Assembly (NCBI GenBank): GCA_012295275.1
Contig: CM022668.1
Location: forward strand, 992,001 to 1,056,000
Source: Chrysomallon squamiferum
Lineage: Eukaryota; Animalia; Mollusca
Direction: 5' to 3'
Length of the DNA: 64,000 nt
Numbering within the stretch: the first letter of the stretch is position 1; each line of letters opens with the position of its first letter. A program made the position numbers and the translations under genes. Below are positions 27,545 through 42,581 of this stretch, piece by piece. The notes beneath the pieces are model-generated. The model was not told where the DNA came from, made no database searches, and worked only from the letters and a program-made list of their open reading frames with translations.

Positions 27545-28589
27545 TGGAAAGGTCCATTATAATTTGTAGGGGAGTTCAATGGTTTATTATAAAACAGTTA
27601 CAATGTAAATGATTAAATAACACATTCAAATATACAGTAAATAATCATTAATCAGTTCAGCATAAGATTTATAAGTGGTCTAAGAAATTTAATGAAATGA
27701 CACCCATATTCATTAATAAAAATAACGCCATTATACATCAAATGAAATAATCCTAAGTCAACGGTGAATAATGTATTTACGCATTTTACGCATTTTTATT
27801 TTTTAAAACAAAACATTTTGATAGTCCTGTGTTGTTAACTTCATCGTTAGATTTTATTAAATGAAATAAATTTGATACGTGAATATTTATAACTCATATA
27901 TATAAACTTTAATTTAGCTAGAAATATTTAAATATTTTAAAATGTGTGAAAACAGATAATCCTTAAGGTAAAAAATAAAAGAATTAATTAGCATTATTTA
28001 AATTTTAATTTCGAATTTTGAAAAAAGTATATATTTAGCAAACAGTATACAGTTGAGGATCCTAGAGCAATTCCTCTAAATATAAATTAATAGATTTTTA
28101 ACATCCTTTGATAGACCAAATGGAATTTTAACGAGATGGAAATTGATTTAACTAGCTGTATAATCCCATTTTTTCATTTTTAATTGATTCTCTGGTTAAA
28201 AATCTCAGTTCAAATTCTTCCTTGTGGAAGTCAAGAAATTCAGCGTACAAATAAGGTTGCAGCATGAAAAATATGACTAGCTGGAGCAAATGGACTTTAC
28301 TGACAATGTTGGTATAAACTGATTATGAAACTGCATGATTCCATTTGAAAATGTTCGTTTTTGACCTCATTTGTTTTTTTGTTTTGTTTACCAATTTCTA
28401 TTTTATTTTTTATTTTGCTATTCTCAAAAGTAAACTGGAAGAAATAGCATGTTGTTTTTTTTACCATTGATCATCACAAGAAGTTTAAAAAAATGTCTTC
28501 AAATCATTCTTTGATTACCTCTCACTTTAGCAATACTGCATTTCTCATTTAAGCCCAATTTCCACAACTGATGTAACAATGCTTTTCTA

Positions 28590-28750
28590 TCCAGTCTAAG
28601 GAATGGTTCGTACAAAAGACTGCTTGCTGTTAATTGGAAAGAGTAGCCCATGAAGTGGCAGCAGTAGATTTCTTATGTCATTATCTGAGTGGTTCTTTAC
28701 GACACACCCAAATCATATGACGGCAAATAAAATGTAGTGCATGCATTCAT
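28590..28750 (+). mobile_element. Degenerate SINE-like repeat fragment
   Basis: TTGCTG.TAATTGGAAAGAGTAGCCCATGAAGTGGC..CAG...AAATAAAATGT resembles the 3' half of an abundant gastropod interspersed repeat. This is from recollection and is unverified. Confidence 0.55.
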
Positions 28751-31700
28751 TATTTCTGAATGAAGACTTTTCTCATTAAGACTCAGACACAATGAAAAGT
28801 AACTGTAAATTTAGCATTTTCACTTACTTAAACGAATCATAACAAAGATTAGTATACATAACCACTGTAATTTTGATGTACAGGAACATAATGTTTTATA
28901 ATTATCATTATCATATTTAAAATATAAATATATTACTATTTATTTATTTATTATTGCTTTTTTGGAAGTTTTTTTAATGATAATATTATTTACATTGTTT
29001 CGCAAGTTAACACTGTAAAAAAATGTTTGAACATGACACATGATGTTGTGCTTAAACTTTATATTTGATTTTGCTGTGAATACTACAAAAATTAAAATAT
29101 TGAATTACCTGTACTGTATTAATGTTACTCTTATCTGTAGTATATAACACATATATGAATTCTCCAAATTTTTTAAAAAGTTATTATTGGGATAAATATT
29201 TTCATTTTTCATTAAAAATAAAAATGATAATAAGAAATTGCAGTATTTCAAGAGAGAGAACTGTTAAAATAATAATACTATTAATGTAACTACTGTTTTA
29301 AAATTAACATTAAGAATCTAAATTACATGATCATCAACGCCATTATGTAATTTGAAATGCAAAATGATTATGTATTTTTTTAAATTTTTATATTTATTTA
29401 TTTTAAGTGTTTTGTAATTATAGACACAATATTCTTATTTTATACAATTTTGACCATCAACTTTTCATGTTTAGTGGGAGGTTTTTAATTATATTTCCTT
29501 TACTCTTTAGTCCTGCCCTAAAAATATCTCTTCTTAATATAAATTCCCTTTTTTCTTCTCTGATTTTTTTTTAATTAAAAAAAACAAACAACCCTTAATC
29601 AAACTAGAATAGATTTTTTCTTTTTAATGCCTAATAATCAATAGTTATAATTAAAAATAGCTATCACTCAGGCATTCACATATAGTTTAACTTTAAAGTC
29701 AAATCAACTCCAAAAGGGTAAAGGAACATAAATGTTTAATAATTCTTTATTAACAAACAAGGACTTTATAAATTAGTAAAGCAATAAATAAGAAACATGA
29801 CATCAGTATGCTGTCTATAATTTAGATAATTTAGCGTTAATACCCATAGTTGATATTGAATTTGCAGTTAACTCTTCTTAGAAACATTACTTGTGGAAAT
29901 AAAAACATAACTATATCTTTCTTTAAGAAAAAAAAAAAAGAATTATAAAACGTAATATGTGAAGTGATTAAAGAAATAGAACAAAATGAAAATAATGTAA
30001 GGAAAGAGACAGTTGTTTGCCTTCATACTGTCTCTAATTTAAATGGTTCTGAAAGGAAAACATTTTGTATTACTCTTGATAATGAATTGGTGTATAGTAT
30101 TTTTTCCAATTTTTAACTGATAATTTAAATATAAAAAATATCTAATGTTTTACTAACAGCCAAAATACTGAATCAATTGCTTTTTCCAAATTTATTAGTG
30201 AGACTAAGAGTAATCAAGGAATGTCACGTTGTTTGGTATAAAGCATAGTATCATAGATTAACCTAACGTTTTCCTCATTATAATTTCCCTTTAATAAAAC
30301 CTGTCTGGCCTTTGTCTATAATTTTATTAAAATCCTTTTTTATTTGATTTATAATACACCCTGGAGCTATTTTATAATTACAATTTTAAAAAATTAAGTG
30401 ATGTCAGTTCTTTAGAAACTCTTTTGGTTTAACAGATTTAGGAATACGTCATAATATCTAACCCCTGCACATTAGACATCTGGTAAACCACCAAAAAAAA
30501 TTAAAAACCATAAAATCTAATTCACATGTTAAGAATAATTTATTGGTTGTGTAAATTAAATGATCTAAATGAACACTGAGATTTTTAAACTTAAAATCAG
30601 CTGCAGACATTTGTATGGACTATTAAATTCTTAGTTATACCAAAAGCACAAATAAACTATGGATTTATTTATGACCCTAAACAATGGGAACAATATTACT
30701 TACACCATATAAATGTGTAAAGGATTCAACCCATTTTGGATTCAGTTCTGAATTTCAACTACTAATACATCTTTATATACAATTCGTTTAAATAATACCA
30801 ATAGTAGTAGCTTTTGTAACTGTACCCCTGAAATGATGAATTTTTTTTTTTTTTAATGTAGTGCCCTTTATCATTTATGGAATAAAATACGTACAAGGAT
30901 TCTAACAATTTATATCAATTTTAGTGAAAATGTTATCTTTGGTATTATAAATAATGAAAAGTATAAGATCCATTTACAAAAACAGTGCTGGAATGAAACA
31001 AATCATGTCACTGATTCTCATATTTTGAATCCATTAACAAGAAAGATACTGACATGGCATCTAGACCAGCATCAATGGTGACACAAAAGGCAGTTTTGGT
31101 CCATGTAGCGATTTGTTTCATGTTGGATGCATTTGATCTCTTAAATAACTGGCAGTGACTGTAAATTCACATGAATATTACTTATCGCCAAATTCTGATA
31201 AGATACTCGTCTACTTAAGGCAATGCACTGGAAATATGGCATTGGGAAAAAACAAATGTTACCAAAAAAAGAAAGAGAAAGAAAAACATGCAGTGTGGTA
31301 ATACAGCAAAATTATTGATATATTCATTCATTCATTTTTTAAATATTATTTATTATTATTGGTATGTCTCTTGGAACGTTCCGGGAATTAAGTTTTTAGC
31401 AAATTTTGAAACAAAGATTTTAATAAAATCACAAAAATAAATAAAAAACAAACAAATAAACAAATAAATAAATATGACGATGATGATAATAATAATAATA
31501 ATGATAATAATAATATAACACTAATAATACAAAAGCAGTAATAATTTAATATAAATTTAACTTTGCATGATGACATAATTCTACTACATTTGCATAATAA
31601 AAAAGAATTAATAAAAATATTGTCCAACAAATTTTTTATTACAGATTTAATAAATGTGTACTGAAGATTATTAGTGACAAATTGTTTCTTCAATGTATGT

Positions 31701-31889
31701 TCAAATTTATATTGTAATATAATAATAAAAATAATAAAAACATCAAAGCCTTATCATACCTAATATTATACAGTTAAAGTGCCATTTTTTTTCTGCATCT
31801 CAACTTATCATACAGGTTTCTTTTAGAATGGCTTGCAGAAGCAATCTTGTTCTCTGTGATGCATTTGAATCAGAGAATAGGAATACTCA

Positions 31890-32017
31890 ACTGCTTCACA
31901 ATATTTTGGTCAGAATTTCAGAAGGTATGTACAACACCTGTATAAATGATAATGACTGACACTTTTCTTTTTAATTTTTTATTATTTCAGTGTATTTTAG
32001 GTGCCACAATGAAACAC
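31890..32017 (+). repeat. Dispersed repeat, copy 2, containing an intron-like segment at 31925-31990
   Basis: Similar to 15823-15949. Reads GAAG|GTATGT ... CTGAC ... poly-T ... TTTCAG|. Confidence 0.8.
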
Positions 32018-33344
32018 CAGGCCCCAATCCTGCATTATCAATTATTTTTCTTGAAAAAATATTTTAAAATATATAGGCCCCTATATATATATAAATCATC
32101 TAAAAGAAAACAAATGGTGTGAGTGCAGTGATAAATAAAACTGTTACTTCTTTTTAAATCCACATTTACCATCTTCTTTCTTACAATTTTCAAACAGCTT
32201 AGTCTAAAAATGTGAGCTTATACAATTTTTATCATTTTGGGTTTAATTTTATTAGTTTTTTAACACTGTTTAACCTTAATTATTGTTTAACTATAATTAG
32301 TTTTTCAAAATTTAAAGACTTCTTGTATTTTTATATTTAATCAGTTTCTTTCCATTATAAATCTGTTTTTGTTTTTACTTGAATAATCTGTCATCAAGAT
32401 AAATTTAATGATCTGTATAAATGCTTAGATATAATGTTTATTGATTGATCATACTGAGACAGCTCCCATATTCCAAATAATAGGTTATAAATATTTGTGC
32501 AGGAATTTAATCAATACTCTTCCTGATCCTGTGTTCCCCTCCTTCAATGGTGAAAAAATCAATAAAGCTGTTATCTTTGGGCGTTTTCCATCTTCAAATT
32601 CAGTTACTATTTGGGATTCAAAGAAATGATTTTGAATCTTTTTAAAAAAGACTTAAATGTCTAAATGTTCATATTTAATTTTCATCATTTGGTATCTCTG
32701 TATCTGATTAAAAATAATATCAAAAAATTAGTTTTGGTTCTGCTCATGTTACATTTATTTAAATATTAACAAAATCGTGTTAAGATACTTTTTATCTTAG
32801 ATTTACTTGCAATTGTAACTCAGATGTAAAATGCAGTTACATTGGTAATTAATTTAGGCAGTTACATAATCACAGAAATGAATTGTTACTATCATTTGAT
32901 GGGTGCAACTTTGAAACCAATATAAGTTCTACATGTGATGCATTCATATGAAAAATATTTATTTAAAATCATTTACAAACCAAATATTACTAATGCTGTT
33001 ACACAATAATAATAACAAATACTTTAATAATTTTTAAGATAATCTCAAAGACGCCATTTTAAATAAGCCCTTGTTTTCAAATCACTAAAATAATGACTGT
33101 TAATCTGACATCACAAGTTTGGGGGCTTATGGTGTTGGAGCTTGGAGATAAAAAAAAAAAAACTTCTGAGAATCTTTGTTGTAATATAATCTGATTTTAT
33201 CTTTCAGAGGTTGGAATCTGCTAATGATTAAGCCATATACTGACATTGTAATTTTTATTTACATGCCTACATTTTTTTGCTTTTAATAGCTTTACATTTC
33301 TCACAATGCAGGGGAAATAATCACTTACATAAATATATATGTAT

Positions 33345-33348
<4 letters not shown>

Positions 33349-33379
<31 letters not shown>
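33349..33379. repeat. (CA)n microsatellite
   Basis: Direct reading of the sequence. Confidence 0.9.
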
Positions 33380-35139
33380 TGCAGCACCAGGTGAACTGAT
33401 TTGCAGATAATTTGTTACAATTTCTAGTTAAATCTTTTAAGTATTTTTAAACTGAATTTATATATATATATTATTATTTTTTTTTTTTTTAAATATTTAT
33501 TACAAAATTATGCGGATTATAATCAAATCTTTTTGATTTTGGTTCATCTTTTTACATTAATTAATTTTTCTATATCATGAAATTTCAGTATAATAGTATG
33601 TGTGTCTGCATCCAAGATAGCCTTTTGTAAGTTGATGGAAGTATTATCAAAAGAGGTCAAAATACATAATAAAGTCACCTCTGGTCCATTTTGACATCCT
33701 TTGCTTGCATTACAACTAAATATTTGAATGTGTTGTCCTAAAAGGATTATTTAATCTGTACACTATCAAATCTGATTTTGGTTAATTTTAGGTGTAATTA
33801 TTTTTTGAAGATACCAGTAAAAACAAAGATGGCAGAGCCTATGCCCAGCCACAAGGAAGCTAAATTTGCTTGCTGTTTAAACCAGTTGTGAACAGCAAAT
33901 ATGAAGAAATTAACTGAAAATATAAAAAAAAATAGTGACTACTTTATATTAATTATAATGGTTGGTCTTTAAATTTTCTTAACACATCAGCAAGTATTTA
34001 TTTGTTGTGATCAGTGAGTGATTTATTTCATTTGTTATTATAAAGAAACTCTATCTTGCTTTATTCAACATGGTTAAAAAGGTAAATACCCTATCTTCTG
34101 TTCCACATGGAATATTAAAATAATTAAAAATGATTTGTAGCTTTCAATAATTTAGGTATGTCACTAATGCCATCTGTGCCACTCTGGAAGGTTGACCGAT
34201 TTTTGCTTTCCTGGAAGGGGGTCCCTCATTCTTATTTCTGTTTCAACATTACTTTTACTTACTTTCAAAAATGACTAATATCCTGACAATGCATATATAT
34301 TCAGCTTCATCATCATATTTGTTTCTTGAGAATCAATCAATTTACCATTTAAGAATGATTGTCTTATAGCTAAGCTAAAGATATTTAGGACTTTAAAACA
34401 TATAAAGTTACAAATTAAGGTCTGTCAAATTTCATACAAATATTTTTGATAGCAGATACTTAATTTTGGGTAGCAATATATGGGATGTTCACAAATAATG
34501 TCGCCATAGTGATTGCTGTTGCTGCCAGTGTCTTGTAAAATTTGATCTTTCGCTTATTTTGATTTAGTAATTATATAACATAATATTCCAGTTTTAAATC
34601 ATATTTTCTGTGTCAAACATACTGATTATAAAGAGTTCTTATTTGATTAAATCATAAGGAAAATTAATACTAATTAATATTATTAAATAACTGATTAAAA
34701 AAATAACAATAATTAGTAAAATGCTTGAAAATGTAATGGCATCTACAATTCACCTGTCTTAAAAAATTATCTTTTTGTATACTTGTTTAATTTCTATTGA
34801 GTTTTTGAGAATTACATAATTAAGGTGTAAGGTACATTTAACTAATTAGTGCAGTTAATTAATTAATAATTCATGAATGTTAGCAACATCTTAAAAATAC
34901 TGTATAGCTCTAGAACTCATTCATTTTTATTTACAGTACATGTATATCTTTTTTAAAGGTTCCATCATGAGATGTTTAGTGTTTATGTTGCCAAATGAAG
35001 GAAATCAGTTTCTTCATTGATTTTGAAGCCAGTGAAGGAAAAATATCGGCAAATTTTATCATTTAATTTTTTTTTTTTTTTTTTTTTTTTAATGTCAATG
35101 CTATCAAAGATATATTCATAATATTGGTGTCATTCTAAT

Positions 35140-35780
35140 TCAGTTTTTCGGCTCTTTCCGATGATATATAATATGATCACGTGAAAGTATAACAGTTTCT
35201 AAGTTTGTTTTCGATCTGTATGATTGATACATCAGTTGATTTTGGCAACTGCTGAAACAGTTGGGACTTCGAGAGAGTTTGATATACTTCACTTCTTCAA
35301 AATGTTTCAGGTATTAATATTTGATGAAAAGATCTAACGATTGAATGCGTAATGTAATAATATACATAACATAAATGTTGTCTGTGTATCTTATATTGAC
35401 AGACGTTGAGGGTAAAAATAAAATGAACAATCTCGATCTGCCGGAAACTACTACTGTTTTCACGCATGTGCAATAACAATCTGAGACGGTGACACTAGCA
35501 AAAGGATCCAGCATTTATTGTACATTTATGTAAAATAATTATCTGTAGTGTAAAACTAAAAGGAATAATCTGTCATGGGAGATAAGTCCAAAACAAAGTC
35601 AGTACTAGACTAGACTAATTTCGACAAAACGGAACGCCTTAGCTTTTACACGGCCACTTCGATAAGAGCTAAAAAAAATATAAGGATGACAGCCGCAAGT
35701 GTTTCACTGTTTGTGTTGATATTGGAGAAGTAGATTGATTTGACAAGTATGATATACAAATGTGGGTTTATTCGTTATTA
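35140..35780 (+). promoter_or_regulatory. CpG-retaining putative PIKfyve promoter and non-coding first exon; includes TCACGTGA at 35177-35184
   Basis: CG dinucleotides are visibly more frequent than in the surrounding introns. Candidate donor CAA|GTATGA near 35746; acceptor TTTTGTAG at 36002-36009 precedes ATG 36040. Confidence 0.5.
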
Positions 35781-36039
35781 TAATGAACTAGTACTAGTAA
35801 TAATAAAAAAAAACGGTAGCAGAATATTGACTAATACCATTAGTAATAATACATGGTGTTAGATACAAACTGAAACTAAAACTGCAAGGATACCCCATTA
35901 TTATTATTTTCTTAATTTTAATTAATTAATACGGAAAACAAAAATAATTAAAACAAAAATAATAATTATTCTATGTAAACTGTTATTATTATTTGTTGTT
36001 ATTTTGTAGTATATGTGACTGTTTGATTAAATTGTCACA

Positions 36040-39000
36040 ATGGGGACTAGACAGCCTTGGGATACCACTCCACACAAACTAACAGAATTTGCACCATTAA
36101 GTTCTGAAGTCAAACCAAGTGGTAGCATTTTTTACAGACTTCTTAGAAAAGGAAAAGGTACAATATATTATTTATGTTAGAATTGTTTTTATTTGATTGT
36201 TATGATTCTCAGTTTATATTAATACTATTAATCTATTCTGCAGTTACAGAACCAAAAATAAAACAAAGTAAAAATAAACTTAACATTATTTTAGTATCTT
36301 CAAATAAAGTGTTATATTAATTATTTTCAGTTTTGTTTTAAAGATTAAAAACAAAAACTACTTTTTTCTTTTCAGCTTATTGTTTAAGATATCATTTTAT
36401 AAGGTAGAACACTGATATCATCAGAGCAGATTTTATAAAGGTTGCTTAGTTAGATATGATTAAACCTATTTCAGATGATTCAGATAATTCTGACAGCTCA
36501 TCAGCTGCTAGTAGCAGACTGTCATCAAGGGAAACTTCTGTAGAAAGAAGTAAGAAAACAGCAGCTGAAACATCAAGTGATATTGAGTCATCTCCTGTAC
36601 TAACAGAAAAATGTGCAATGAAAAGTGGTAAAAGTTTGTTTATATTTGTAATAAGGGTAATTATTCCAGATATACATAGGAAAATATTATATTCTTTCAG
36701 TGCGTGCACAATCAAACACACATTAATACTAATTCCTCATGAAAATGAAAAAAAAAAATATGTGGTAACATAACAGAGGACTCGTAAAATCATTATAAAA
36801 CATTTTATTTGTTAATAATAGTTGTATTCTTTTAAAAAATAATTTATATGTAACTGTTTAATAAATATATATATATATATATATATTTTGAAATTACATG
36901 TTTATGCTGTAGAAATTATAGAAAAAGATTTTAAAATCATCTTACTTAACTGGAAATTATAAGTAAATGTTTTTCTCCTGGTTTTGTCTTTCTGCATAAT
37001 TTTGGTTAAATTTTGAGTGATCTGCACACACAGTTACTATTTATAAAAGAGTAGTTTTACTGAATTTATTTAAACAAACTTAAATATTCTGTAAATATTG
37101 AAGTGATTGATATCTATCACTGTTGTAATTTAATTAATTAATCAATTACGTCACTGTAATAATAATGTCATTTGTTAGTAATCATAAGTAACATTCTTTT
37201 TACTAAAACAAATAACCAGATATAATATTACAACCATTTGTTGAAAACTACTGTTCATACTGTTTTTGCTCATGACAATAAGATTATTACACACTGAATT
37301 TTTAGCAGAAAATAGTTATGGCAATGACACTGGAAATGGACATAAAAGTATTTAATGTAAAAAATTAACAGAAAATGCCAAAATATCTTTTTTGATATAC
37401 ATATGCTTATTTTGAGAAAAATAATGTTTTGATGAACTTGCATTTTATTTACATAAGTTATGGAAAATGACCCTAAACAGGAAATATCTAGTTGAAAAGC
37501 AGTAGTACAGTAAAAAAAAATATTTCAGTATGTATGCACTTGATTTTGTGCAGTTAATATAGCTAATGAATTTTAATTCTTAAAACTGGTATTCATAAGT
37601 GCACATAAATAACTATGTTGTATGAGTAAAATGCAAGGTTTGATCCATACATATTTATGTTTTAATGAATTCAGACAATGAAATTGGAGGGCAGATAAAC
37701 ACAGAAGGTGCTGTTCAATGGAATCAAGAAACAGCCCCCAAACGAACACTGTCTAATGTTCTCAGCCACCTTGGAAATATACTGGAGAGGAGAAGTACAG
37801 TATGTTAATTAATTTTATGTTTCTTGTCAGATAAACACTGTTTTGTTTTTAAAACAGTCCTATAAACTTTATATTGCTTAAAGAAATAAAAGCATCTCAT
37901 GTGTTAAATATATTTTATATACCGTTATTCATTTATTTTATCTGCTTTTTAATAACTTTAAAAAAATTTGTTTATAAAACATTACATTTTGTTAATAATT
38001 AAACATTGCCACAGAGAAAACGTTTCTTAGTATTCTTTTCTGTTTTTAAAGTTTATTTTTTATTAAATATTGATTTTTGTGAGAATATTAAATGTTTTTG
38101 CTAATTTGTTCTTCTGATCATGATACTGTTCAGTATGATAAGATTTGCATATGTTGTTATAAAGGAAATATATACTGTTTTTATTAGACACCACAGACTT
38201 ACAAAGACAGTGATTTCAAGCAGTACTGGATGCCTGATAGTAGTTGTCGAGAATGCTACAACTGTGGTGACAAGTTCACAACATTCCGCCGACGCCATCA
38301 CTGCCGAATTTGTGGTCAGATTTTCTGTAGTAAATGCTGCAATCAAGAATTGCCAGGAAAAATTATTGGATATAAAGGTTTTCACGATTAATCTTCAAAA
38401 AAAGAATCATGCTTAATACAATTTAAAAGTCTTTGCAGTTGCTAGATAGAATATTTAGAAAAATCTTAAACTAAAAATATTTTAATGATTAATTCTTGGA
38501 TGTGAATTTTATTTTATTTTTTGAGGATTCCTAAAGAATTAAGTCTCACATAAACAATTTAGACAGGTTTCAGTGTAAAATCAAGTGTTTTTATCTAGTA
38601 AATTGAAGATAGTTACATTTACACAGACTGGAAGTTGTTAAATGAAAAATATATCAGAAATTACTGATGATATAAATACTCATTTCGATGATATTGAACA
38701 GTTTCATTTAATTTTAACTAACTGTGAAAGTTATTTATTTTAAAATGTCTAATCAATAAGCTGACTGATTTAATTAATTATTACAAATTATAATAAATGT
38801 TTTATATTACAATTTTTAAATGACTAAATCCAGGTGGTATCAGAGTGTGTCAGTATTGTTGCAAGGTGGTACTCCAGTATGCACAACACTCAGAAACAAG
38901 TGGTGATGTGAAGGTGATAAAAGAAGATTTAAAGAGATTATCTCCTCTGGAGTCTGAGGTTACTCTGTCCCAGGAGTTTGGAGGTTTATGGATGCCAAGT

Positions 39001-42000
39001 AAATCATCCTCTATTCATGAGGATCAGGTTCAGCAACAGAGGTTGGTTTTACTTTTCTTATCCTCGATTATGGAGTTGTCTTCTCCTAGTTTGCCATTTT
39101 GTTGTTGTTTATGTTTCCACCTAGCTTATACTTTGATCTTGACATAATAAAGATATTTTAAATGTCATCCATTCCGTATCATTGTCAAAATTTCTTTCAT
39201 ATGACTGTTTCCACAAACTGTTATTAACAAATGTAATCATAATACTATTTATAAAAAATCATAGGATGATTTTTTTTTTTAATCAGTTTTATTTAACATG
39301 TTATCTCTTTCAGATCAGTGAGTCCTCAAGATACAAACAGTTTGGTGAAGCCAACACCATTTGACCTCACTCCAATGGCTGACATTTCTATTCAAGAAAG
39401 TGTTATTCTTACAGAAGTATGTGGAAGCACACAAATTTTAGAAAAGCATAATGAAAACAACAAAAATATTTGGAATATCAATTTATGTTTCTTGAAATAA
39501 ATTGAATGATAATATTTAATTGTTTTAATTTGTTATGGATTTATTTCAATAAAATATAATTTTATGAAATTTGGTCAAATGTTTTCATTTTATTTAGGAT
39601 TCTGCACAGCTCCGCATGCTGTGGCGACAAATACAAGACCCAGAAACTGGTGTTGAAATGCAGAGTCATCGGATACGCCTACGTACATACCTCAGTTGCA
39701 TTGTGGGAAAAGATTTAGTGACGTGGCTGGTTGAGCATGACAAAGTTACAAAAAGGTAAAGAAAAACATTTGCAATTAAATAATTATATTCATTTTTATT
39801 ATGTTTATGAAAAATATGATCTGCGTGGCCATTTTTTCTAAAGACAAAAAAGTATTATTAATGGTTAATAACTAAAAATAACTATAATAAATTATTGTAA
39901 AGTTGCCTTATTCATAGATAATCCTTATCAGTGTTGTTTTTATTATCATATATTAAAACAATATTTTTGCTGTTTATTTGAACTAACAAAATTAGCTTAG
40001 TCTTGATTGCAGTATTAGTAAAATTAGTAATTATCAGGCAAGTGGTAACAATTACATGATTTTGTAATCTACAGAGATCAAGCTGTTGGAATTGGCCAGG
40101 CTCTGTTATTTGCAAACTACCTGGAACCAGTCACAAATCAGAGGATTTTTCGAGATGATTTTTCACTTTATAAACCTGGAGAGGTTTGTATATTTTTTCC
40201 TTCATCTATCTGTTGTGCGTACTTGTGTTTCTCTGTGACACTATTACAACCAGGAACATAATATATTTTTTTAAATTAAAAATACTAAAATTCTATCAAC
40301 ATTTTTTAAATATAGTTTTGAATAGCTGTTTTTATATAATATTATATACTAGAAGTAATGATTTATGTTTACACTGCTTTAAATTCAGTTTTGAATAATA
40401 ATACTTACCAATATTTTTATTTTTACCAGAATTAATTCTTTTATTTTTTTTGTCCTTATCTTGCAGACATTTTTTTGTAATATTGTCTACATTTTATTGT
40501 CCCCTTAACAATATAATTTCAAATGAAAATAAATCTTGTGGTGATACTTAAGAAAAATTAATGTTTTTTTTATTTTTAGCAAGCTATCTCCTTTATTGAT
40601 TGCCATTCAGATGTAGAGAATGACAAGACAGCAGTTGAAGAAACCAGCAGCACAGAGCCTCTGTGGGTGCAGGAGATCCAGTCAGTAGACAGAGACGAAT
40701 GTAAAAAGTTACAATTTAAATTTTATTATTATACTGCAGACTGATAACAGTTGTTATTTTTAATCCACCACACCTGTAAACCAGCTATGTGTAGTGCAAG
40801 TAAATTTTTCATTGTTGTAATTTTTAGATAAGTAATTTATTAAAGTTTGTTGATAAAAAAAAAAAAAAAAAATTGGGGTATATCAAGGAGCACTGCTTGT
40901 TATATATTTATAGTGTTTCATCTATACCAAAGATAATCTGCATTTTTGGGGACTGTTATTTTAGGATTCTGTTAAAACTGGATCAGAAATAAATTAGAAC
41001 ACAAATAATAAGTTAAAAGAGAAAATTATGTTTAATAGTTTTCTTAACCTTGTATATAAAGGATAAATCTTAAATATTAATGAAGAGAATTTAAAAAGAA
41101 GAAATTCTTTAAATATTTGTTAATTTGTGTATCTCTTACAGTAGACATATCTTTTGAAAATCATCACTCGGACACCACAGACTCTGACCATCAGAAAAAA
41201 TTGTCTTCAGAATCACGTTCACATACAACATTCAGCACTGGAGAAACACTGGATGCTGCTAGTGAGTTGAGTGAAAACATAAAATGACTGTATGAATACA
41301 GTGAAACTCCTCCAAACTGAATTCTCTGTGACCAAAATTCCCTTAAAACTGCACTTATTATTGTTCTTTTGATTCACTCAACTTTAATCATTGAAAACAA
41401 TTGCTGGAAAAAAAAAAAAAAAAATATCCCATTCTATGCTGAATTCTGAACACACTATCCTTTCCCATTATGTTTATTTAATATCTGAAAATCAAAAATC
41501 AAAAACATGCAAAGTATCTTGCCTATCTTAGAACATACCAGTTAGTTGACAAAATCTGGCCCAACAAAACCCTGTACAGGGTAGGTAATACACGATGCTC
41601 AGTTTTTAAGTTGTGTTTAGCTGTGGAACAAGGCTCTAATTTGTCTGATAGCTGTTTGATTAACCCTTGAAAAGTTTTAATCATTAAACTAACTCCTTTG
41701 TTTGACATATAAATAAACATGTACTGTGCTTATTAGGTGTGAGCTTACTGTATCTCTTCACAATGAATTTTTACTGTTTTAATAATTTATATGTGACCAG
41801 CAAAGCAGCCATGAGTTTAACTCACTGCATTTTAATGATTCTTATTCCACAAAGTTTATTTAGCTGAATAAGTAATTCTGAGATTATTGTAGTAAATTTC
41901 AAAGTTATGTCAGTACTCTTTCATTTCCATATCAAGTAACAATGTGTCATGTAGAGTTGTCACTGGATGATACATTCAAAATGATTACCAGATAGGAAAG

Positions 42001-42528
42001 TTTACCTAGTTGATCACTGATGTGCATATCCAACAAAGAAAAGAAAAAATGTTCAGCAGTATTTATAAAGAGTTTACAGTTTAATGCTTCTTTTTTTTAA
42101 AATAGTGTAAAACATTTAGACTTTTCATGTTTTTACTACATGTATATTTTGTAAAGGCTATTTTCTGAATCCTCAGTAAACTGAACATGTCTCTAAACTG
42201 AACAGTTGATTTGATCCAAGGATGTTCAGTTTAGAGGAGTTTCACTATACATGTTAATATTAATAATATATTCACTAATTTATAAATATACTTTTTAACT
42301 TTATAATCTTCTGATGTATATCTTTAAAATAATGTGGATTGTTTTTAGTTATTTTAAAAATTCTTTCTGTATTTATAAATATTTTTTAATGTCTGCAGTT
42401 AACAAAGATTCAGGAGAAGAACCATTGCCAAGACAAGACTTCTCCATCACAGGAATCAATGATGATTTCATTAAAGGTATTTAGTCATTTTAAGAATTTT
42501 TTTAGAGATTTTCTTTTATTTATTTATT

Positions 42529-42581
<53 letters not shown>

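Noticed and set aside
31388-31693. 101-aa hydrophobic ORF
   Set aside because: Derived from A-rich and (AAT)n simple sequence.
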